Positions 54,586 to 64,000 of a DNA stretch of 64,000 nucleotides are shown piece after piece (the stretch's first letter is position 1; the number at the start of each line of letters is the position of its first letter). The stretch comes from Octopus sinensis (taxonomy: Eukaryota). The translations under genes were made by a program, and so were the position numbers. The stretch covers positions 96,410,001-96,474,000 of the forward strand of contig NC_043004.1 of the NCBI RefSeq assembly GCF_006345805.1. The letters are read 5' to 3'. The notes under the pieces are model-generated. The model worked only from the letters and a program-made list of their open reading frames with translations, was not told the origin of the DNA and searched no databases.

Positions 54586-54889
54586 ATATATATAATATAT
54601 ATATATATATATACATACACATATACATATATATATATATACATACATATATATATATACCTCGGCTATGCAGAGATCACACTTGCTTAGCCAAATTTTT
54701 ATCCATTTTGTATATATATATATATATTATATATATATATATATATACATACATATATATATATGTATATATTTATATATATATATATGTAAATATGTAT
54801 GTGTACATTACCATATTATTAAAAAGCAATCTATTTACCTTTCTCTGTATCTATCTATTCATATATATGAAAATGCATTTATATATACG

Positions 54890-54966
<77 letters not shown>

Positions 54967-55437
54967 TATATATAATATACACTCACATTTGTACAAACCC
55001 ATATTAGCACAAGTATTATTAGCTAGGAAGCGAAGCGCAAACATTACATACTCCAATCTACTTGCAAGGAATTCAAAACAGCATTCGTTTACCTGGAAAT
55101 ACAAACGTAAATAGATATACAGGATACTTAGATACATACATTTGCACAAAGTAACAATGAAGAACACACACTCTAATGCCTACTTTTGGAATTTGGAGTG
55201 TGAAAACTATTTCAAATTATCTATCTTTCCAAAATGCGTCTGTTGTACAAAACAAAACAAAACTCCATCTAGATCTGTTAGTATTTTCATAATTACAAAA
55301 TTAAGGACAGCAGAAAATAACTTTGCTATTACTAAATGGAAGAATAAAGATGAGTACAATGCATCTTTCTCTCTGCATTAGTTGCATTTTAAAAGCATCT
55401 TTTAATGACATGTATCTATGTTCTGTTGTGCATTTCC

Positions 55438-55513
<76 letters not shown>

Positions 55514-55532
55514 CATATACATATACATATAC

Positions 55533-55662
<130 letters not shown>

Positions 55663-56196
55663 AATACAAGCATATATACATATTATACTTGTCATGCAGA
55701 CACATGCATGCGTGTTTGTGTGAGTGTGTACATGCTTTTAACAGTAATAGTTATATGTTTATTTATATGAATTGAATTTTAAAGCTAAGTATACACAAAT
55801 AAATCTGAAAATATAATTTGTGAATACATGTAAAGCAACAGACATGTTCTTTTAATGATTTAGTGGCATGCATATTATTTTATATATGGACATATATGTA
55901 CATATGTATGCTTGTGTGCATATATGTACATAACATACACTCGCACCTACACACATATATATGCATATACATATATGCATGTGTGTGTGTGTGTGTATGT
56001 ATATGTAAATGTGAACATAACTGATAGACTGACAGATAATTCAGTCAAGAACTCAAGGGAATTGAAATATGGAAGGATTGAGTTAAAAATGATAAAATTA
56101 GTAAGAAGTGAGATGTAAATGGAGAATGAGAAAAATGAGACGTGGAAAACAAGACAACACTCACAGAGACACACACATGCACATATGTATATACAC

Positions 56197-56241
<45 letters not shown>

Positions 56242-56299
56242 TATGTGTGTGTGTGTGTAGGTATGTATATATGTATGTACATATATGTACATATATATC

Positions 56300-56332
<33 letters not shown>

Positions 56333-56361
56333 ATATGTATGTATATATGTATGTACATATA

Positions 56362-56405
<44 letters not shown>

Positions 56406-56471
56406 TATGTATATACATATATATATTTCTTTATTTACATATTAGATATGAAAATGGACATTAATTGATGT

Positions 56472-56514
<43 letters not shown>

Positions 56515-57126
56515 TATTTACATATGTATACATACTTATATTTATGTATGTATGCACATATGTATGTATATGCTAGAGACAGAGAGAGAGAGAGAAAGAG
56601 AGGAGGAGAGGTAGAGAGAGCGAAAGAGAGGCAAAGAGGTTCCAGAGATAAAAAGTAAAGGCCCTAATGTTAGTGATATAATCTTTTAAAAGTAGGCAGA
56701 AAATGTATATAGACAGCTCTTACTGTTAATTAAAAATTTACTAGGAATCTTAATGGTATTCCTTTTTTGTTGCTTTTGTCTTTTGCACATGATTTATGTT
56801 GCTTATAGTTTAATGTTTTGTATGTATAGATGTGTTGTCAAACTGACTAATTTTGGCAATCATATATACTATTATTACGACCACTTAATTTCTGTCGTTT
56901 TCAATGATTCGAATGAAGTTTTCAAAAGTCTTACCAACTCTACAGTGTATAGAAAGTTTCTGTAACTGACTGAATTGATAATGTATATTCTGTTAACTGG
57001 CAGGTTGTTAGTTCACATTCCATCAACTTTGCTGGCTGATGACATTTCACTCATGCTTTCATGCTGGCTCTCTTTAGGAAGTGTAGCAATGAACTACATC
57101 AAGCCATTGGTATACTGTACACATAC

Positions 57127-57363
57127 GGCGGTGAACTGGCAGAAACGTTCGCACACCGGGCAAAATGCATAGCCGTATTTCGTCTGCCATTACGTTGTGA
57201 GTTCAAATTCTGCCGAGGCCGACTTTGCCTTTCATCCTTTCGGGGTCGATTAAATAAGTACCAGTTTCACACTGGGGTTGCTGTAATCGACTTAATCCAT
57301 TTGCCTGTCCTTGTTTGTCCCCTCTGTGTTTAGCCCCTTGTGGGTAGTAAAGAAATAGGTATA
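57127..57363 (+). mobile_element. SINE type 2
   Basis: Full length, with head GGCGGTGAACTGGCAGAAACG. Confidence 0.9.
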
Positions 57364-57602
57364 CTCTACACTATAGCTTGTTGTAGCTCCTTGCTAGACA
57401 TCCTGGAGTGTCTATAGTGAAACTGGTTTGAAATAAATAAAATTAATAGTTTTTTCATAGTCATAAATTCCGAGAAGTCCAGTAATCAAATACCTGTTGA
57501 AAGAAGTATTAATAGTCTACAGATTCTATTTTGATTTCTTTTTAATAAAAAATGTAGAGCAAAAATTTTTCAAAAATCTTTTGCTTTTAATTCTTTCTTT
57601 TA

Positions 57603-57976
57603 TTCTTTTATTTGTTTCAATCATTTGACTGCGGCCATGCTGGAGCTCTGCCTTTAGTCAAGCAAATCGACCCCAGGACTTATTCTTTGTAAGCTTAGTA
57701 CTTATCTTATCGGGCTCTCTTGCTGAACCGCTAAGTGACGGGGATGTAAACACACCAGCATCAGTTGTCAAGCGATGTTGGGGGGACAAACACAGACACA
57801 CAAACATATACATGAACACACACACACACATATGTATATATGATGGGCTTCTTTCAGTTTCCGTCTACCAAATCCACTCACATGTAGAAGACACTTGTCC
57901 AAGGTTCCACGCAGTGGGACTGAACACAGAACCATGTGGTTGGTAAGCACACTACTTATCACACAACCACTCCTGC
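57603..57976 (-). mobile_element. SINE type 1 (small internal deletion)
   Basis: Matches the consensus. Confidence 0.9.
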
Positions 57977-58131
57977 TTTGTTCTTTTTGGTGGGGAATGT
58001 TTGCATGTGTCAGTTTGAAAATGATTGATACAGTGTGTGTAGCTTTATGAGACATGTTCTATCAAACTAACTTGATGTATAATGCTGTAATGTCACATTA
58101 ATATGATCCCCAGCGAGATACAAATTTCACT

Positions 58132-58545
58132 GTGTAGTTGAGTGGTAAGAAGATTGCTTCCCAACCACATGGTTCTGGGTTCAGTCCCACTACAAGGAAC
58201 ATAGGGCAAGTGTCTTCTACTATAGCCTCGGGGTGACCAAAGCTTTGTGAGTGGATTTGGTAGATGGGAACTGAAAGACGCCTGCCATATATATATGTAT
58301 ACATAGATGTATGTATATGTGTGTATGTATGTCTTTGTGTTTGTACCCCCATCACTACTTGACAACCGGTGTTGGTGTGTTAACGTCCGTGTAACCTATT
58401 GGTTCAGCAAAAGAGACTAATAGAATAAAATACTAGGTCTTAAAAATATAAGTTCTGGGATCAATTTGTTTGGTTAAAACCCTTCAAGGCAGTGCTCCAG
58501 CATGGCCACAGCCAAATGACTGAAACAAGTAAGAGAATAAAAGGA
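58132..58545 (+). mobile_element. SINE type 1
   Basis: Matches the consensus; inverted relative to the copy 155 bp upstream. Confidence 0.9.
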
Positions 58546-58663
58546 TTAAAAAAATGTGGTTAATGTTGATCAGTTATAAGAAATGGTAATGAATGGTGTC
58601 TGTGACTCTGTTTTATTTCTTACTAGAAACTGTTTAGCTCTACTTGTGCTAATACATTACACA

Positions 58664-58969
58664 CTAGCAGTATCGCCCGGCGTTCCTTGGGTTTGTAAGG
58701 GAAATAACTATATAAGCATTTTTAGAGAGTTACTTCCCTTATTTAACCCGAGCAAAAAATCATTAAAAATGCGGAAAAATGATGGTAAATTTTTTTTTAA
58801 ATCGGAGACTCATCGTAGACACGCTAATACCCAGAAGGGCTCGATATGAATGACGACTATAAGATACCCGCTTTTGGTTAAACTGCACCACAAAATGTGG
58901 GATTCGTTAGGAATCTAAATCGGAGGAGACAGAGTCTCACACAAACAACTTCAATTTTATATATAAAAA
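58664..58969 (-). mobile_element. Non-autonomous Helitron (~306 bp)
   Basis: On the minus strand it begins A|TTTTTATATATAAAA (TC start decayed) and ends with hairpin remnant CCCAAGGAACGCCGGG, 9 nt, then CTAG|T; inserted between A and T with no TSD. Confidence 0.75.
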
Positions 58970-59599
58970 TTATAGAAGTACACTGACCCAATACTAGAAA
59001 GCATTAACTAGTATCTCATTATGGTCCCTTTATGTAACTGTTCCTCTTCACTTATATTTCTCTTGTTAATATGAAAAGGTCAGGAACATTACAATACAGA
59101 AGTCATCTTTCCTTCAAGCTGTCAGCACTTAAGTTTATGTAATAATAAAATGTGCTTGTAAAATGAAATCAGCGAAAAAATACACACTCTGCTGAAACTA
59201 AAACTGTTATGAATTGAGATCTTTCTCGTTTAGTGAATCTCTCTGCTTCTCTACCAGAGATGTTAATTTTCCCCACATCTCACAGCATCCTGACGTATAT
59301 CTGCTCTTGCTCCTATTTCTATTTTACTTTATATTGATATAAATTATTATTTACTTGTTAAACTCAGTGACAATCTTCAAGAATATGATAGTGTTCCTTT
59401 TTCGCCGTTAGTTAGAATTCCATTACAGACAGTAATTAGTATAATTTATATAAAATAGAAGAGCTTCTTTTTAATATATAAATTGCTAGTAATATAATGA
59501 AACAGGTTTTCTTGAAATACAGTGTGTGAGTGGTATTTCAGGATGCTTAATTATCAGTATATTACTCTCGTCAAACCAATAAAAAGGTTTTTATTGCTT

Positions 59600-59850
59600 T
59601 CAGATCTCCCTTGCTAGATAAAACACTAATAAAAGAAAGGCAAAGGTATGCATTCATTGTTGACCTGTGTGCAGAACGTAGCAATTTAGAAATTATTACC
59701 TTTCTAAATGTGACAAGAGCTTCTCTACATAAAGTTTTGGTGAGATTGAAATCCTTTGGCAGGAATGTTTCAATTGTGCCAAAGGGAAAAAAGCATTCTA
59801 AAAGTTCAAACACTCTCAGGAAAACACAATTCATACATTGACTTCAAAAT
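59600..59850 (+). mobile_element. Tc1/mariner-superfamily N-terminal transposase fragment (DD37D/maT-like)
   Basis: RYAFIVDLCAERSNLEIITFLNV.R..LHKV...KKHSKSSNTLR resembles the HTH region of that group; the subfamily call is from memory. Confidence 0.45.
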
Positions 59851-59865
59851 GTTATCTATGATGAT

Positions 59866-60080
59866 CATCATCATCATTTAGCGTCCGCTTTCCATGCTGG
59901 TATGGGTTGGACGGTTCAACTGGGGTCTGGGAAGCCAGAAGGCTGCACCAGGCCCAGTCTGATCTGGCAATGTTTCTACGGCTGGATGCCCTTCCTAACG
60001 CCAACCACTCCGTGAGTGTAGTGGGTGCTTTTTATGTGCCACCGGCACAGGTGCCAGACGGGGCTGGCAAACGGCCACGG
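59866..60080 (-). mobile_element. RTE-tail-type short retroposon with (GAT)n tail
   Basis: Minus strand GTTGGCGTTAGGAAGGGCATCCAGCCGTAGAAAC...GGAAAGCGGACGCTAAATGATGATGATG. Confidence 0.8.
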
Positions 60081-60432
60081 CCCTGTCTGGCACCTGATGA
60101 TGATCTTGGAAAATCAATGAGGGACATAAACGAACAACTTCAGTGGTAGAGTGCATTATCAGAATAAGGGTGCATACAGACATTTGATACAAGTTGTATG
60201 TATTAAGAAGCCAATTTATGGCTGCAAAGTGCGAGAAAAGCTATCTGATCCGTGCCAAGCAGTTAATTAACAAGGTTGAAACCCACATTGAGGGGTGACT
60301 GCAGTGAATGGGGAATAAGGAGTGGTGTACTATTGATGAAACACGTGAAATGGGGTTGGTTGGTAGGGGAGAGTTGGAAATAACTGACAGTACAGAAAAA
60401 GAAGGTAGGAAAGAGAAGCAGAATGATAATAA

Positions 60433-60885
60433 TTATATAAGCAATAATAAATCTCTGAACTAGATGTAAACAGTAACTGCACGACAACGTAAAGTATACT
60501 AGCCATCTCAATATGGCTAACCACTAAGGGTGGGTGTTACTATAGCTTGTAGCCGCAGGAGATCATCGTCTCCAGCTGGCTTTAGGCACACTTTCTGTGC
60601 TCTTATGGTATTTGCAAAGGGAGGTCAACGTAGGTGATATGCACGGACTGCAGTTTCTAGGTATTTGCCTAGTTACTGGAAAAACAATAAATAAGTATTT
60701 GCAAACGGTCTCCCTTCATCGAAAACTGGTGATTGCCGTACGCCGAAGACAGACAAATACCTAGAAACTGCAGTCCGTGCGTATCACTTAGGTTGACGAG
60801 AGAGGGATGACCTCCCTTTGCAAATACCATAAGGGCACAGAAAGTGTGCCTAAAGCCAGCTGGAGACGATGATCTCCTCGGGCTA
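60433..60885. mobile_element. Foldback/long-TIR element with a truncated right arm
   Basis: Arms 60550-60670 and 60751-60885 are inverted; the outer 60433-60552 matches the reverse complement of 26495-26620. Confidence 0.7.
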
Positions 60886-61115
60886 AAACACTGAGTAAAA
60901 GCAACCATTCTGATCATTTTGGCCGCCATGGGTTTTGCAGTAAATCACTAAATCATCCATAACTTTTGTATTATCGTCTCAAATTACACCAAGATCTCAG
61001 ACAATAACAATTTTATTGTCTGAGAAAATTATAGAATATAAAACAACTTTGATAAAAACTTATACTTTGTCTTCTGACGAAAACAATGCCGTTCTGAACA
61101 TTTTGGCCGCAACTG
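60883..61115 (-). mobile_element. Solo terminal fragment (one TIR) of the Tc1 family at 45984-47608
   Basis: Near-identical to 47367-47608, ending CAACTG followed by TA. Confidence 0.9.
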
Positions 61116-61194
61116 TATATGGTTACACACAGGTGCACATACACACACACACACGCACACACGCACACACAGATGGCAATTAAGAAGTCAATGA

Positions 61195-61385
61195 CAAAGA
61201 TGATGATGATGATGATGATGGTGACAAAGAAGATGATAATGATAATGATGACAACGATGACAGTAATGTTGATGATGACCTTGATGGTAATGATGGTGAT
61301 GATTATGATGATGATGATGATGATGATGATGACGATGACAATGGTGATGATCACAATGCTGCTGCTGCTGATGATGATGATGATC
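61195..61385. repeat. Imperfect (GAT)n microsatellite
   Basis: Seen directly. Confidence 0.95.
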
Positions 61386-62152
61386 CAATGGAACAACTTC
61401 ATTGAAATAGATAAAACTTCCTTCATCTCAGCTCTTCATTCTGTTAACAATTGAACGTTCACCGTTATATATATCAGTGCCAAATCTGAATTTAAGATCT
61501 ATCACATTCAACTTTTATATTACATACAGCCTCTGCAAAATTCCTGCTGACCAAAATGACAACAACAATGAAGGAAAAGAAAAAAACACGTATCTCCATT
61601 CTACTAAATCCTAAGACTTTAACTAAGCCATGTTGATTACTCTATCACAACGAGACGTATCGACAATACACCGCAGAAAAGTAATTTATTTATTTATTTA
61701 TTGATAGATTGCTTTACTTATTTTTCTTTCTCGAATTCTATTGGAATATTGATGAATTTTCTGATTTGCTTTTGCCTATGTAATCACCACCATAGCACCA
61801 CGGTACAGTACTGGACTGAAAATAACAGTGGCTCTCACATCATATATTAATCTAGCTGCATAAAAGTGTATTTTTTTTTTTGTTAGCTTATACACACACA
61901 CCTTCACTCACACACACATGTACACGAATACAGGCACAGATTCCTATATATATCCACGAAGAGCTGTACAATAATAAATAAGGAAGGGAATACGGCTGGA
62001 AGTACAGTAATATCACTCTACTTTCGTGTAACCCGACTCACATACATCTCCACATGTGCACAAAGACGCATGCGAGTGTGTGCATTTATTGGTTGGGCAT
62101 GTCCAATTACATGAAACTGAATGTATGCACACTGCTAGGTTTCAGTATCCTG

Positions 62153-62233
<81 letters not shown>

Positions 62234-62238
62234 CATAT

Positions 62239-62290
<52 letters not shown>

Positions 62291-62501
62291 GTATGTATAT
62301 ACACATACAGTATATATATATATATATATATATATTTATACACTTGTATATGCATATAAATACATAATATATATATATGTGTGTATGTATATAATGTATA
62401 TATATATATATGAAATTTGCATCTAACTCTCTCTATGATTAAACACACACAGATGTAATTATCATCTTATATACATATACACTCATACACATACACAGAC
62501 A

Positions 62502-62576
<75 letters not shown>

Positions 62577-64000
62577 GGAGAGAGTGTGAGGGATATATCT
62601 ATATCTATATATATATATATATGCACACAAGTATATGTATATTAGATATATATGTGTGCATTTGTGTGTGCATATACACACATATATGTATACCTATACA
62701 GGTATGTTTATATCTGCACTCATATACATATAAGTTTACATATTCATTTGTAGTTCTAAGCATATACACATATACGTACATGAACATACAATTACAAACA
62801 ACCCAGAGAGTATCAATATTGCATTCTTGTAGCTAACAATATTTGTCACATTTAAATAGAAGTGTGAAGCAATTCCATCGAAAAATTTGGAATTTATAAT
62901 AATGGTAGACAGATGAAAAATAAGAATAAAAAGACAAAGAAAAAAGTTTTAAAAAATGATAAAAGTTGAGTGTATGAGAAGCGTGTGGAATTTAATTTGT
63001 GTCGATGAATCCTTGGAAAATTCATGGAGAAATGTGATTAATTAAGAATGCTATTAATTCCAAAATACTGTGATATTGAAACAAAAAGAAGAAATAAACA
63101 AAGGCCAAGTATATAACTTGATAATCAAGAATCCAAGAAGTTAGAAAGAATTAATATTAATAATGTCAATAATAATAACGATTTAGATAATATTAATGAT
63201 AAAGATAATAAAAAAATAATGATTTCTAACTTCCTCATTTAAGGCCATATATTTGTAAGGGAGAAGTATATTCAATTGAATTGACTCAAGTAAAATGAAT
63301 GGTGGTTATTTTATCAATAGCAGAAGGGTGAAAAGCAAAGTTGACCTCAGCAGGATTTTAACTTCAATCATAAAGAAATAAGACTAAATGCTGTAAGGCA
63401 TTTAGTACAGCCATCTATTGCTTCTATCTCTTTATTGCCTAGATAACAATTACAACAACAGCAAGTGGAAGCGCAATGGCCCAGTGGTTAGTGCAGCGAA
63501 CTCGCGGTCGTAAGAATGCGGTTTCGATTCCCAGATCAGGCATTGTGAGTGTTTATTGAGCAAAAACACCTAAGCTCCATGAGGCTCCGGTGGTGGTGGG
63601 GGAGTGAACCCTGCTTTACTCTTTCATTATAACTTTCTCTCACTCTTTCTTCCTACTTCTGCCACAAGGCAGAAGAACCGTGGTGTAAGACGAAAATAGT
63701 ATGAACAACGACAACCAAGAAGTGCTATAGAGAATAACAGATACAAGATTTTATGGGATTTTAATGTACAGATTGGTCGTGAAATTCATGTCAGGTGACC
63801 GGATATTATGGTGCTTAATAAGGGAGAAAAAAGAGTGAACCATCATAAATGTAGCTATATCTGCAGACATGAATGTAGCAGTCAAAGAGCAAGGGAGGGA
63901 AAATAGGAAAATACTGGGATTTGGCTTGGGAAATATGACATCTGTGGAGGGTTTCTACAAAAGTAATTCCAGTTGTTGTAGGCGCCTTAGGTACTCTCAC

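Overview
AT-rich, microsatellite-dense eukaryotic DNA. It is almost certainly animal; the SINE families and Penelope/RTE content resemble an octopod cephalopod (Octopus-like), but that is my recollection and not a database result. There is no intact long cellular CDS, and nearly every ORF in the supplied track is a translated microsatellite or a transposon remnant. The window is a layered mobile-element landscape: four tRNA-headed SINE types (over 20 copies); RTE, CR1 and Penelope-like retroelement fragments; a Gypsy integrase relic; a near-intact Tc1 (DD34E), a DD37E/TRT-like Tc1 and a DD34D mariner; hAT elements with 8-bp TSDs, one carrying an intron-containing, internally deleted transposase; a Merlin-type MITE; a Helitron; and a Helentron-associated HINE. 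The best finding is a fully canonical type I hammerhead ribozyme with an extended stem I (45689-45793, +), plus several degenerate or oddly ordered hammerhead-like motifs in Penelope-like units. Other notable structure: two retroposon insertions flanked by very long (104 and ~150 bp) direct duplications, a MITE holding a copy of neighbouring DNA, and a ~420-bp-arm Penelope hairpin just downstream of a candidate signal-peptide exon. Short splice-site-bounded exon candidates occur on both strands, but no gene model can be fixed from the sequence alone.
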